Positions 12,491-26,660 of a DNA stretch of 64,000 bases are shown here, in pieces. The notes under the pieces were generated by a model. It made no database searches. It saw nothing but the letters and a program-made list of their open reading frames with translations, and was not told where the DNA came from. The stretch is from Octopus sinensis (Eukaryota): assembly GCF_006345805.1 (NCBI RefSeq), contig NC_043006.1, positions 57,164,001-57,228,000 of the forward strand, given 5' to 3'. Within the stretch, counting starts at the first letter, position 1. Every line of letters begins with the position of its first letter. The translations under genes and the position numbers were made by a program.

Positions 12491-13946
12491 TGATGAAGAA
12501 ATACTGGAGGTATGGTTCAGTCTTGATAATTAACAAGTCTTATGATATTGGACATAAGTGGCTGTGTGGTAAGTAGCTTGCTTACCAACCACATGGTCCT
12601 GGGTTCAGACCCACTGCGTGGCACCTTGGGCAAGTGTCTTCTACTACAGCCTCGGGCTGACCAAAGCCTTGTGAGTGGATTTGGTAGACGGAAACTGGAA
12701 AAAGCCCATCATGTGTGTGTGTGTGTTTATGTCCCCGTAACTTAGTAAAAGAGACCGATAGAATAAGTACTAGGCTTACAAAGAACATGTCCTGGGGTCG
12801 ATTTGCTAGACTAAAGGCGGTGCTCCAGCATGGCCACAGTCAAATGACTGTAACAAGTAAAAGAGTAAAGAGAGTGATTTAAGAAAATTATCACTGATGT
12901 TAGTCACTGAAGGAGTAATATGAATAATCCTATTAGGTAGGGTAGATAAGAGTGTAAATCAGGAAACCTAATCAAGCAATGATCAACCTGAGACACTATA
13001 TTCAAGAATGGTGTGATTTTTTATGTAAGTCAGTTTATTGTGACTTTTGAACTCTAAACAATGAACATGATTTTAAAAAAATCTCTAGAGCTTCCCCTTT
13101 TAGTAAGATATTTTTGCTCATTAGACTTGTCATTAGTAAGTTATGAATTATTGAAGTGTATTTAAGAGTACATCAACACACATATGTGGGTGATATACTG
13201 ACACATATGAGTCACTAATGGGTTTTAAAATAATTTCACAGTCATCAATTTTTTTTATTTAAAAAAATTTTTTTTTAGATGATTTAAAACTGTAGAATGG
13301 TGCACAGAAACATCTTCAAATTTAAATGAACAATATCCAGTCCATAATTTCTTAGTTTTGAAACTACATCACACATTATAAATTGTAAATACATTATATC
13401 AATTTTCAGTCTGTAACATGAATCAGCTAATTATGTAAAATTAAATATTTGCACAGTCAGTACTTTGGGAAGTACCCTCTACTGTAGCCCTGGGCCAACC
13501 AAAGCCTTATGAGTAGATTTAGTAGACAGAAACCTACAGCAGCTCATTATTTATATATATATATATATATATAGTATAGTATAGTGTTCAGTGAAGGAAA
13601 GGCCACAAAAAAAGTAATCCGTTTGGTGTATTTAATGAATATAGTATAAATTTTTATAAGTTACTAATAGTTTCATATGATGAAAACAACATGGACAGAA
13701 TTTTATAACACATCTGGTGCCTTCATGCAATTTTCAGGCAGTGCTCGCATGGCGTGTGTGTGCATGTGTGCCTGTGCATGTGTCCTTCCACTGCTTGGCA
13801 ATCAATGTTGGTTTGTTTACATCCTTTTAACTTAGCAGTTCAGCAAAAGAACGCGATAGAATAAGTAACAGACTTAAAAAGGGGTAAGTACTAGTTGCAA
13901 TTTGTTTGACTAAAACCCTTCAAGGTGTTGTCCCAACATGACTGAA

Positions 13947-14034
13947 GTACAATGACTCAAACAAGTAAAAGAGAAAGGATAGACAGTTGGGTACAATGAC
14001 TCAAACAAGTAAAAGAGAAAGGATAGACAGTTGG
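13947..14034 (+). repeat. Perfect 44-bp tandem duplication at a SINE 3' end
   Basis: GTACAATGACTCAAACAAGTAAAAGAGAAAGGATAGACAGTTGG x2. Confidence 0.97.
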
Positions 14035-14234
14035 ATGCAATATCTTACTGTCAGGCATTAATCCTAACATAAAACACTCACCCCCAAAATGGAAGAAATA
14101 CTTCTCAATTATAGAATAAAAAGAACAGTCTTTGAATAGAGAATTTAAAATGGATGATTAAGAGATGAAAAGGTGGAAAATATTTGATAATTTTTCAAAT
14201 GGATTTGATAAATCTACAAGACAAAAGAAAATGC

Positions 14235-14620
14235 TAAATGCTGTTGAGTTTAATGCATTCGAGCTTTGGCGTTGGAGAAGACTTTTACGGATTCCATGGA
14301 CAGCGAGGCTCACCAATGGAGTTCTTAACCAGATCAAGCCGAATCTGTCACAAGAAGCTAGGATCACCAAGCATAGATTGGCATATTTTGGTCATCTTAT
14401 GCAGAGAAAATCCCTCGAGAAGGACATCATGCTCGGAATGGTCAGTGGCAAGAGAGGAAGAGGCAGATCAAGAACCTGCTGGCTTGACACCATCAAGAGT
14501 GACACGGGAATGGCCATAGCCAATCTGAAAGAAGCGACCTAGGATAGAACTGGCAGGAGAACACTGATCCATCGAGTAACTGAGAGTCGACTTCGACTGA
14601 GTGGATAGATAGATAGATAG
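14235..14620 (+). mobile_element. RTE-clade LINE 3' end
   Basis: AFELWRWRRLLRIPWTAR...YFGHLMQRKSLEKDIMLG...GRSRTCWLDTIK, with an (ATAG)n tail. Confidence 0.9.
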
Positions 14621-15049
14621 ATTAAAAAAACAATGGCTGATATACATAAAGGAAACAAGTGTTTCAGTGGGTATGTAGAGATGATACACCGGGGGTGAAA
14701 AACTGGCAGGGGTTCATGATGAACAGTAAAACTTAGGAGAAAGTGACAGAGATTGACTTGAGAACTAAATCCCACAAATGAGATAAAATTAAGACATATC
14801 AATATATGTTGGATTGTAAGAATAAAATAGATGAAATATTGAAACTTAGGATTTAAATTTTTTTAAAGTAGCAATTGACTTTTTGTCATGAATTTACTCT
14901 TACTGTCATGGAATATAGAATGTTATTTGATATAAGGACATTATAATAGAGATTAATAATCATGAACTTGTGAAGGCTGATCTCAAAATGCTGAGCCTTA
15001 CAAAAGAGATGATAATGGATTGAGACAATTGGTGGCTTGTGCTCAAAAA

Positions 15050-15790
15050 TACCTGTTCATAACAGCAGATATGAGGTCCTAAAACCATTTTGTCTATGCT
15101 TATATTTGCTAGGCACTGTCCCTTCACTCATACTGCCCTGTCAAACATTCCCCACATTTCATCTCCATACCCAACCATCCCCTTACCCCACATGCTGGGT
15201 ACTTTCCTACTCACATATTACCTCCACAAGCATCCCCAACATTCCAATCACCCTGCACTTTAACACACATTACATCCCCTAATTCATTGTGCTACCAGTT
15301 GCTCCCATCCCCATTTCCATCCTTCATTCTCGTTATCATTCCTTTCCAAATGCCATTCCCCCAATCCATCATAATACCTCGCATATCTGCTATCATTCAT
15401 AGATCCTACTCATCTGTCATTATGCCCACTCATTATAGTTACCCCTAATTGTACCTCTACATCTCCTTTTCCACTGCTCCTATGCACTGCTCATAATCTC
15501 ATATTCGCTCAACTGTCATCCCTGGGTCACTCCTACGTCTCTCTCTCTACTTGCAACCCATACTGATATTTATTATAAAGCTGCACTTCCACTTCTGTTC
15601 ATCACTCACTATGTCTACCTCAACCTTAATGACTTACCACCTGCTTTTAACTCTCTGAGCCACTACACATATCATCTCTTACTTCCCGAGTGTTTTTCTC
15701 AGACAACCCATCACCATCAGTATACCTTTTCCCCAGATACTATTGCCCACCCTTATATAAATGTGGAGTAGCCATGTATCTTCTCCATAG
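15050..15790 (-). mobile_element. Degenerate RTE-type LINE endonuclease region
   Basis: Purine-rich minus strand with remnant AP-endonuclease-like segments, heavily decayed. Confidence 0.5.
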
Positions 15791-18738
15791 CAAGACACAT
15801 CTGCTTGTCCGTGGAATTAAATCCCCTCTCCACCTGCTCAAATATGCCCTCATTTAGTCAAGGGCAGGGCTTTCCTTTTTCCCCTTTTCCTCTCCTTTCC
15901 TGTTATGCAAGTTACTTGGCAATCTCACTTGTGCTAGTGGCATCAAAAGAGCACCCATTACACACTGTAAAGTAGTTGTCATTAGGAAGGGTATCCAACC
16001 ATAGAACCTGTGTCTAAGCTGACATGGAGCATGATACAGTCCCGTGGCTCAGTGGATCCTATCAAACCATCGAACCCATGCTAACATGGAAAACAGACAT
16101 TAAATAATACTGATGATGTTACAAGAACGTTTTTGAAAGTCTTCATGCTTTGTTAAACAATAACAGCTGCCAAACTAACTGTTAATACTTTCATGTTTGA
16201 AATAAATGTCATGTGATAGAGAAGACAACAGCTTCCTGTATCATCAAGTTTGTTTATTGCAATTACTCTTATGCAGCTAATGAAAAAAATACAAAGCAAT
16301 ATATCTGAAGACAATATATCAGTATTACTATCACCAAATGCTCAGTTAGTTGATAGGCAGCAAGTCAACTGCACAGATAGCAAAACTATTTTGTTTCAAA
16401 CTAAGAACCCACATACAGTTCACTATAGTATTTTAAAGACTGCACATACATTTGGTCATAACAAAAAATATATTGAGCTCAGTTATAATAAAATAAACTA
16501 AGAGATATCAAAAATATTATTGGAATATGAATACAATAGAAACAATAGAAATATTCTCCTTAATAACATTTGTATTACTAAAAACACCATATTTGTAATG
16601 AGGCTGGTGGTTTTATTCATCTTACAGATTGCATGTCCGAAAAACTGATTTGATGGTAAAGAGAATGATTAGTTGACATCAGTATCACTATCCTTTATAT
16701 ATGTTTCTCTACTCAAGTTAGCACATCTGCCTGGAAGGCTGTATTTCAACTTGGAATAATGAAAAAACAAGAACTTCATTTTGGTTTGCCAGTTGAGGAG
16801 ATCAAGCCATATGCTTGACCACATAAGACTTCAGTGTTGATCATGAAATTAGCAAAAATGTTTTATGATTTAAAGATGTTATTTATACAAACATCTTCCA
16901 AATTACTTCCTAGTTAAGCTCAAAGTCGAATCAATCAGTATTTAACCTAGATGAAAAGATCCTTACTCCACATAATATAGAAAATGAATTTAAATTAATA
17001 ATAGTCTTATAGCAAACCCTATAGAATATCTTAATATCTCTGTTTTGCTATGTAAGTCTCAAGAATTAATATAAATAAAAAAAATAAGATTGAAGATAAA
17101 ATCAATAACTGAGGAAGCATTTGGAAATTAGTTTTGAAAATATGTTTTGAAGCTGTCTTATTGAAGAAATATCTAATGGCAGGTCCTAAATATTATCATC
17201 TGCCATTTTTCACACAGAACCATATGAAATGAGATATAGTTGTAATATATCAAAATCTAAAGAATGAAGTTGTTTTAATTCATCAGATGTAAACAAACAT
17301 ATGAAATACATCAGCAGTTAGACATGCACACACATGCACGCACACACACACACACACACACACTGTTTATCTTTTACTTGTTTCAGTCATTAGACTTCAG
17401 GCCTTGAAAAATATTAGTCAAATGAACCAATCCCAGTACTTATTCTATCAATCTCTTTTGCCAAACTGCTAAGTTACAGGGATGTAAACACAAAAAACAC
17501 TAGTTGTCAAGCAGTGGTGGGGGAATAGACACAAACACACGCACACATGATGGGCTTCTTTTAGTTTCTTATCAACAAAATCTACTCACAAGGCTTTGGT
17601 CAGCCAAAGGTGCCATGCAGTAGTGGTATGAACCCACAACCATGTGGTTGTGAAGCAAATTTCTTACCACACAGCCACTCCCACACCTATAATACACACA
17701 CCCACAAACATTCTCACCTACATATTTTTACTTGTTTCAGTCATTTGACTGCAGCCATGCTGGAGCACAACCTTGAAGGGTTTTAGTCAAATTGACCCCA
17801 GGGGTTATTTTTTAAGCTTTGTTCTACAGGTCTTCTTTGCCGAACCACAAAGTTACAGTGATGTAAACACATTAATACCAGTTGTCAAGCAGTGATGCGA
17901 GGACAAACACAGACACAAAGACACACATACACACATGTGTGTGTGTGTCTGTGTGTGTGAGTGCGTGCATGTATTTGACAGGCTTCTTTCAGTTTCTGTC
18001 TACTAAATCCACTTACAAGGATTTGGTTGCCCTAAGGCTATAGTAGAAGACACTTGCCCAAGGTGCCATGCAGTGGGACTGAACCCAGAACCCTGTGGTT
18101 AAGGAGCAAGATTCTTACCACACAGGCTTCTTTCAGTTTCCATCTAGGAAATCCACTCATAAGGCTTTGGTCAGCCCAAGGCTATAGCCGAAGACACTTG
18201 CCCAAAATGCCATGCAGTAGTGGTATGAACCCGCAAACATGTGGTTGGGAAGCAAATTACTTACCACAGAGCTACTCTTGCACCTATATACGCACAGCTA
18301 TATATACACGCCTATATATATAAAACACACACACACACACACACACACACATCTGCACACATGCCAACATGGAAAAAAGGCATATTAAATAATTATGATG
18401 ATGATAATGATGTCCTTAAAATAAAATAATTTTAAAAAAAAACTTTACAAAAGTTTCTTCTGAATGTCTCCAACCCCTCTAGTATTTAATAACATAAAAA
18501 GTCAGATTTATTATTTTTGTTTTTTTTTCTGAACTACAATAATACAAAGAAAATTTAAGAAAAAAATGCATTGTCATTACGGTAAAGTTAAGAATATTAG
18601 TAATATTAGTAGCATAATTAAAGTATCACTCATGAAATACCCAAAACAATAAGTAAAAGTAGGAAAATAGAACATGTATGTTGTAAACTTCAGAAGTGTA
18701 GAGTGTTCACTATACAAAAATACAAATCTGAGATTTAA

Positions 18739-18960
18739 CCCTTTTGCATTCAGGTTTCTTTGTCAAGCGTATTGCTTTTTCATTCACATTGTTTCGAATT
18801 AACCATGCATTATCTTGTAGCTTCAAGATTTTGATCGTATGTTTGTATATTTATAGACTGACCTTGTAGGGTAGGTGTGCTAGGTTGTATTTAGTCAGTT
18901 TTAACATAAAACAAGTAGAGTATTTGGGCCAAATGTGGCTGGATTAAATGCTAAAGAATA
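18739..18960. mobile_element. piggyBac-type MITE (same family, decayed)
   Basis: TTAACCCTTTTGCATTCAG start and internal homology. Confidence 0.75.
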
Positions 18961-20063
18961 AACAGGCAAAAAGTGTTTTGGGGACTGTCTCTGGAAAGTA
19001 AAGGGTAGGATTTCCTTCTTTACAATTAAAGCTGGAATGTACAAACATAAATGTACAAACATATAAATTTCCAGTTATAAAGCTGGTCAACTAATGTAAC
19101 AGTTATTTCCAATGAAAATATAACTTCTAATAATGAAATTTTGTCAATTTGTCATACAATTGTTTAATCTGAACACAAATTTTGTCTAATGTAAAATTTT
19201 TAGTAACCTTTAATTCCTGTCTAGATTCTACTTTAACTGTGGTTAAAAAAGGGGAAGTGGTCAGTCTTAAATAATTTCAGCCATACACCAAATCTTGGAC
19301 AAGCAAATGATGAAACCTCTATGTGATTTCTCAACCTGCTTTAAATATCAGCCAAATCAAGTGTTTTAAAACACACACACACACATATTGGCTGATGTGG
19401 TTATACATTATCCATAGTCATGGATGGAATGTCTTTCATCAAGGTGAGCTCAATCGGGGCTAGTACCAATCAAAATCTCCTTATGGTGCACACACCAACT
19501 TCAAAATTATAAGCTAAATGTCAACTTTAGCAGTCCAGGATGGTCTCCCCTCTTCTGTCCAAATAATGATTGAACAATGGTACAAGACCACAAATACTGC
19601 TTAACAGGTACTTCATTTTATCAACCCTGGAAAGACAAAGGGGAAAAAGCCAACCCCAGAAGGATTTGAACTAAGAATATAAAAGAGTCATTCATAACTG
19701 ACGCCAGGAATTTTGTTTGCCAAACTAGTATTTCTGCTACTATGAGGCCTTTCTCTGACTAAATACCAAAAATAATGCTATATTGCAAGGGCAAGAATAA
19801 AACCTTGTTTATTTACTACAAACAGAATACAAAGGTGACATGGGTGAACTATCAACCATCTAGATCAGTTGTGGAGAATATCTGAAATACCAGGAGTTTA
19901 TTGTAAATACATATAAACCTGAGGTGGTACATCTACACTGAAAAAAATAATGAATCTTGAATTATTAAAAATTCAGTGCTCTGACATGGCCACAGCCTTA
20001 GGGCCGAAACATAAAAGAATAAAAAATGTAACATTAAATTACTGTTTTGGTATTAAGACTTAA

Positions 20064-20282
20064 CCCTTCAATATTCAGATCACTTGTCAAATGTAATGCT
20101 TCTTTATTCACATTGTTTGGAATTAATTATGCATTATTTCATAGCTTTGAGATTTCAATGAAATGGCTATTCAATTATAGAATGATATTGTAAGGTAGGT
20201 GTGAGAGGACAGATCTGGCCAGTTTGAACACAACATAGGTAGAATATTTAGGCCAATTATAGCCAGTTTAAATGGTAAAGGA
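20064..20282. mobile_element. piggyBac-type MITE (same family)
   Basis: TTAA-CCCTT ... TAAAGGA-TTAA, internal match to the 28392 copy. Confidence 0.8.
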
Positions 20283-20404
20283 TTAAACACTGTTGTTTCC
20301 TTATAGATTTTTTGAGAATATCAGTGGAAACAGTCGCAATGTGAATGAAACTTTGCCCACATGCACCTGCTTTCACCCCACCCAAGTCTAACTAAACACT
20401 TCGG

Positions 20405-20605
20405 GTATGTCATTTGTCCTGACATGCAAAGGGGTCCTCTATACAATGTAACTAACCATGAATTATACCACGTATCCTAAAATGCAAAATGTACCCCCCT
20501 TTCTGGCTTAACTGGCCACATGAAGCATACCATGTATCCTACATGCAAGAGGCTCCTTCCACCTTGATCTAACTGACTGCATAAGATATACCATGTGTTC
20601 TAACA
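20405..20605. repeat. Degenerate ~60-bp tandem repeat, ~3 copies
   Basis: ATACCA[CT]GT.TCCTA..ATGCAA recurs at ~60 bp spacing. Confidence 0.6.
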
Positions 20606-22359
20606 AGTGAAACAAATATAAAGTAAAAATGTAAATATATATAACACTGGACATCATACCTGCAATTAATCCCAAACTAATTATCCTATAGCAAAAAAAT
20701 AGCAGCAATAAGCTTATTAATTACTAATGCTTTGCTGACATACAAAAGGCTCACACCATTTGAGGAAAACTAGACACATTTATAGCTATGCATGTTAATA
20801 GAATGTTTATAAAGATTAGCTCAATTGATTTGGGGCGTCATCGTGGGTGAAATAGTGAAGGTTGACATGGCTGACTTGAGGCCAAACAACATAGACATAT
20901 GATCAGACATTCAAACCATGAACACCCTCAACTTACTTCTTCTCATTATAATCCAGGACTGTTATAACCAATGTGTTATGTCCCTTTTTGAAGATGGTGA
21001 AATGTGATTTGTTGCAGGTCACCAACTACATAGAGGCTTCCTTATAAGCTTGATTATTTCACGTTCCAATTTAGTTTAATGATGTAGTGCAATTTCATTT
21101 CATATAGTGCAGGATTTTGACTGGTTTCTACTTTGGTTTCATAGCTCACTCAGGAGAATGGCCACAACCTTTTGCATGAACTCAGAAGTTGGGTAGGGGA
21201 TATCAAGATAAACTCAGACTGAGAACTTGGGTCAAGTGTTTGAAACAGAATTAGTACTCCACGAAAAGGAACTCAAGGAAAGCAGGGCAGATGGAAGGTT
21301 TAAACCAAACGATGGATTAGGATTTGTTCTGACTGAACATATTTTGAGAAAAAAAAATATAACACAGCACACTAATTTTGAATGGCAAAAATGAAGATTC
21401 AAATCTTTGTAATGTTGAGAGAGCTTTGGGAAGGTAATACATTTCCCTAACAATGTAACAAGATATAGCAATTTGTTAAACAAATCTACTAACCATGTCA
21501 CAGACGGGGAACTGTGGTGAAAATGGATTAATCAGTTTGGATACACATTTCTTGCAGACTACTCCTTATGGAAAAAGAATGTGATGAAAAAAAATATCTT
21601 GATAGTCACATTGTACCTCAAATATTATGACAGGGTGCAGTGAGTTTGCACATGAAACTGAAGCATGCGTTAAACATGACCTGCATCTAAAAATAATCAG
21701 GAAGTTACACAAAAGTATAAACATTATTTAATGTCACATGCTTTTTACACCTATGAACCTAATCATTCTATTCTGCATATTTAGAAATATTACACTGGGG
21801 CACAGAAATTTAAAAAAAACACCAAACGAAAAAGAAATCATAGCTGTGGTATATCATTACATGCTGATGACAGTTGCTGTCAAATCTGAAAATGTTATTA
21901 AGCTGGTGAAAGTATGTGCAGGTAAGCTGCATGCAAAAGAAGTTTGCTTCACACCCATGTTGTTCCATGTTCAGTGACACTGCATAGCAACATGTGCAAG
22001 TGTCTTCTTCTGTAGATCAGTTCTGACTTATGCCCTATGTGAGTGAATTTAGTAGACGGAGACTGTGAAGAAGCCCATCATTTACCACAACAAATATTCC
22101 ACCTATTATTATCTCATACACATATGCTAGCTACTGGAACACTGTGAGCTGTAGGGGTGGTATTGCTTTGCTTTCATAGATTTTTTTTTTATATTACTAG
22201 TGGAGAGAGTAAGCAGAGCAATAACAGGTAGATTTTGCAGGACTTTATGAGGTTTTAAATATTGTTCATGTTGATATTTATAGAGAAAAGTGGTGCAGAT
22301 ATGTTTAATGCTTGGTTTAGTAGGAGACACAGAAAGACTGACAAGTGGAAGTATCAGGT

Positions 22360-22680
22360 TGGTTTTAGGTAATGGGACAGTGGTGGTATGAAGCTTGTAG
22401 TAGCAGTAGTTATGGAGCTTTGGAGTATGCATAGTATTAGTAGTGATGGACAGTGATGGTATGGAGCTTATAAGTAGTAGAGCCTACAATAGCAGCAGCA
22501 GTGATGGAGTATTGGTATGGTGCTGTAGTAAAAGCAATAATGGGATATAGCTTAAAGCAGTAGTCACGGACAGTGAAGGTATGGGGCTGCAATAGTAGCA
22601 GTGATGACAGCAGTGGTATGAAGCTAAGAGTGGTAGCAGTAGCGATGGATAATGCTGGTATGGAGCTGCAGCAGCAGGGG
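22360..22680. repeat. Degenerate minisatellite (~35-40 bp, GTAGCAGTGATGG..GGTATGGAGCT-like)
   Basis: Recurrent GGTATG[GA]AGCT and AGTGATGG motifs. Confidence 0.7.
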
Positions 22681-23095
22681 AAACAGTGAAGTGATTAAGG
22701 TGCTGCTATCAAATTCCAACCCTGTAGTAGACACCAAATTGGTGTTTTATATGCAGTATATTACTCTTGTCCATGAAGGCGGGAACTAAGCATTACTCTG
22801 CTCATGAAAGTGGTTCAGGGGGAGGTAGCAATAAATTCAGTTTTTGTTGTTTTTTGTTGCTTTTTTATTTTTTTATTTTTTTCCTGCTTTTTGTTTTTAA
22901 AATTCTTAATTACCATGCAAACACATAAATCTTCATAGATACCAAATTTATGACAACATATTTCCACTCATTCTTTCCTTGCATGAGTTTTGGATAAAAT
23001 CAAAGAGCAAAGCAATATTATATCTTCTGCCATTCATGAAGATTCTGTACTAGTCTATCATCAAAATCAAATTGATTGAAACTGATATGATAATC

Positions 23096-23102
<7 letters not shown>

Positions 23103-23170
<68 letters not shown>

Positions 23171-23190
23171 TATATATATACACATATATA
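23103..23190. repeat. (TA)n microsatellite
   Basis: Direct reading. Many others occur, e.g. (CA)n 45214-45280, (TA)n 30211-30262, (TAC)n 53672-53718, (ATAC)n 59288-59340. Confidence 0.99.
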
Positions 23191-26100
23191 TAAGCAGAGA
23201 CAGGTGCTGTCTGCCTTCAGAGAGAGAAGCCTTTCCTAAGTAATACAGGTGCAGTCTATTTTAAAAATACATATCATCAAAGACAGCTGCTATCTATTTG
23301 TCATCTACCTGGTCATGTCCCCATATACAGGTACCATCTACCTGAGAAATATATGTCCAAGAGATAGGTCCCATCTACATCATTTACATGGAAACTAAGC
23401 ATCATTATTGACCAACTGATGTGCCTTTGTTGTTTAAAACCAAAACAGAATTGCTCAACCACACAACCTAGTCCCTAATGTAGATCAGACATAGGTAATT
23501 TTATAAATTTGCTGTGGTTTTGCTAGTTTTGTATTTTTTTTTTCTCAGTGATTTGCAAAGCTGATTCAATTAATTGAACCACTTTTAGTTCAATGTAAGA
23601 TAATTTTAATTCTTGACACACAGAAACCAGTTTCTCTGGCATGAATATATGGAAAAATAGATGTTGGACCATCAAAGGAGCCTACATGATTACTCCACCT
23701 GTTAGAAATAATAGCAAAATATTACTCAAATCACACCCTATCGTCTTAAAAAGGAAAAACACATTGGATAATGTCTTTTTATAGCCTTGTTAGAGAAAAG
23801 CAGAGAATTTATGGCTTGTGGAGTAAAATGGGGAAAGAAACTAAGACCCCTGTGATACTATATTACAAAGAGTCATCACATAAAGAGTTATTCTAAGATT
23901 TGGTTCAAATAGTCTCTACAGATTGAACTTCATATAAAGCAACAAACAGTCAAGTGATGGCGTTAAAACCCATAAGATAGATCAAGTTTCCCATTTGATG
24001 TCTGTTATATGTAGTCCTACACACACCATTACGAAATAAGACAAGATGGTCAAGGCTAAATACCTTTAATCATAGGTCTGCTCAGTCAGGACTGACCTGG
24101 GACTAAATACCAACATCTTTAGGTTACAACTAATACAAAATTATATCAACCGAGTTGGTTACAATAGAAAATATATTAGTATGAGAAAACATTAAAAAAA
24201 AACACACACACACAAATATAATTCATGAAATACAGATGTGTATAATATTTATAATGTGAATACAAACATGGAATGGCAGTAAACTGCAATATTTTGTCTC
24301 AAAGAAACCTATCAAAGAGACATGTGTAAAAACAAGGAATCACTGAGAAAGCCAGTATATCTCCAGGTACATGTTTTGAGCTAATTTGGTCATCATATCA
24401 AGATACTGAGTTGCTCTAAGACTTGCTTCAAATAGTCACAAAAGAGTGTCCTCTGGAAATTCTGAGCTAAGCTGTAAATGCTTGTTCTGATATAAGAATT
24501 AATAAACAAAACATTTAATGAGTTGTGTAAAATCTAATATTTTCACTGGAAACAGGTGTTACATTAAAATACCAGTGTGTATAACAATGTGAGTATAAGT
24601 GTGGGATGATACTTAGTTATAATATTTTATTTCAGAGAAACATCTCATAGAGACATATAAATGATAGAAACTTTACTGTAGAGAGACTGCTTGGCATTCA
24701 AGTCATTACATTTTTTATAGCACATTAAAACTTAACAAAACTATGAAATGCCACAACACACACACATACACATATATGTAATTATATTTCTACTATACTC
24801 TTACCCCACCTCTCCTATTCATCTTGGCTCTTCTGTTCTCTTTTGTTCGATTCATTAGCTAGGTAGCTGAGTGAATAAATGCACAAGAGTAGAGAGGACT
24901 CTAATGCAGTACAAGGCAATTCCCGAGGGGATGGTACCACTATGATTTCATCTAGGATACTTTGCAAAATAGTTGGGGAAATGAGATATGGGGTGCTAGA
25001 CATGATCCTTTGGTCTTGTCAAGAACATGGTAATCCTTTATAGTACTGGTGCCATAGTAAAATGCATCCAGTTCACTGCAAAGTGTGGGATTGAGAGGAC
25101 TGTTTAGTCTTTTTGAAGACATGGCAAGACGCTAATGCTAGTGCTCTGATAAAATGTACCCAGTACAATCTGTGAAGTGGTTGGTGTAAGGTAGGATTAA
25201 CCAGTCATAGAAACCAAGTTAAATATAAAGAGATATGGTCCTTCACCCCATATACATACAGAAAGTGAATGGAAAACAATGGCAATAATATATTTTATGC
25301 TGTCTTTAAACTCAATGTTTTCAAGTTGACAGTAGTTACAAAGGCCTGTCTGGAATATAATTTTAATTCCAGTAACAATCCAATTGAAAATGGTATCTAG
25401 CAAATTGTTAGTCATCAACTTCACCTTCTATACTCTTTTACATACGACATTCATAATAAGCATTACATACCAGGATACAGCACAACCAGACTTCCACTGA
25501 ATCTACAGTCACTACACAAAGCATTTACTGAATGCAAGCATAATAATAATCTCGGATTAATTTGCTATGTAACATCTAATTTACATTCTTAAAATAAAGT
25601 CATTAGAAATTTACAAAGCATTTTATCTAAACTAATTACAGCAATGTGAAATGAAAAATGAGAGTTAATGAAGTTATGATAGAACTCATTGGGGTTCATC
25701 CACAAAGAATGAATTTATAATTAGCCATAGTTTAGCCTTAAGTCAGACTGAATCCAGCAGATCTGTGATCAAAGGTATTCCATCAAGGACTACATTAATC
25801 CAAAATGTTCTTCCATGAAGCTTGAAAAGTGTGAGCGAAAATTTGGTTGCAATTTCTAACAGGACAAGCACCTTTGTAGAAGCTCCCTCATTCCTCTTTC
25901 AACATTGTTTCTAATGTAGACAAAAGACCTAAAAACGTAAGGCATAGGGTTAGTCCTTTAAATTGAACCTATTAAATTAAATATTTGACTGGAACTCTAT
26001 TTTATCAATTCCTGATGGATAAAAGGCAAAGTTGACCATGGCAGGATTTGAACTCAAAACGTAAAGATCTACAAGAATTACAGCAAGACATTTTATCTAA

Positions 26101-26428
26101 TGCCCTAACATTCTTGCTCTTAATGATCTCTAACCTCGTATTTTTCATTAGCTTGGCTTCATCAGCAGTTTGTGTTTTTATTAGATTTCGAAAGTTGTGT
26201 GTCATGATAATAAGAGAAGCCGACACAGGAAGCTAGATAGAAAATTAGCATCATCTTTACAATAACGATGATTGTTTTTCTGAGTTTTAAATCAAGATAA
26301 CATCGATACAAGAATTGATCTCATCACATTTTTGAGAGAGAATTACTTTAAATCTGTGAATTTGCCATTTGCTATGCTTATAGTGTTTGTATGTGAGACA
26401 AGGTTAGACATATGGTAATATATGGTTG

Positions 26429-26660
26429 AGGCGGCAAGCTGGCAGAAACGTTAGCACGCCGGGCGAAATGCATAGCCATATTTTGTCTGCCGTTACGTTC
26501 TGAGTTCAAATTCCACCGGGTTCGACTTTGCCTTTCATCCTTTTGGGGTCGATAAATTAAGTACCAGTTACGCACTGGGGTCAATATAATCGACTTAATC
26601 TGTTTGTCTGTCCTTGTTTGTCCCCTCTGTGTTTAGCCCCTTGTGGATAGTAAAGAAATA
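26429..26660 (+). mobile_element. tRNA-derived SINE family A (Meta/MESC-like domain)
   Basis: A box GGC..GCTGGCAGAA, B box GAGTTCAAATTCC, central GCCTTTCATCCTTT.GGGGTCGATAAA..AAGTACCAG. Other copies at ~11705-11915(-), 37570-37790(+), 50866-51150(+), 51885-52320(-), 53295-53670(-). Confidence 0.9.

Noticed and set aside
16150-16277. Minus-strand frame containing VIAINKLD, resembling a GTPase NKxD motif
   Set aside because: No G1 or G3 motifs found and the frame soon ends. Probably chance.
24330-24490. Minus-strand frame with an in-frame TGA, considered as selenocysteine or a pseudogene
   Set aside because: No recognisable selenoprotein context or SECIS, and alternative frames are equally plausible.
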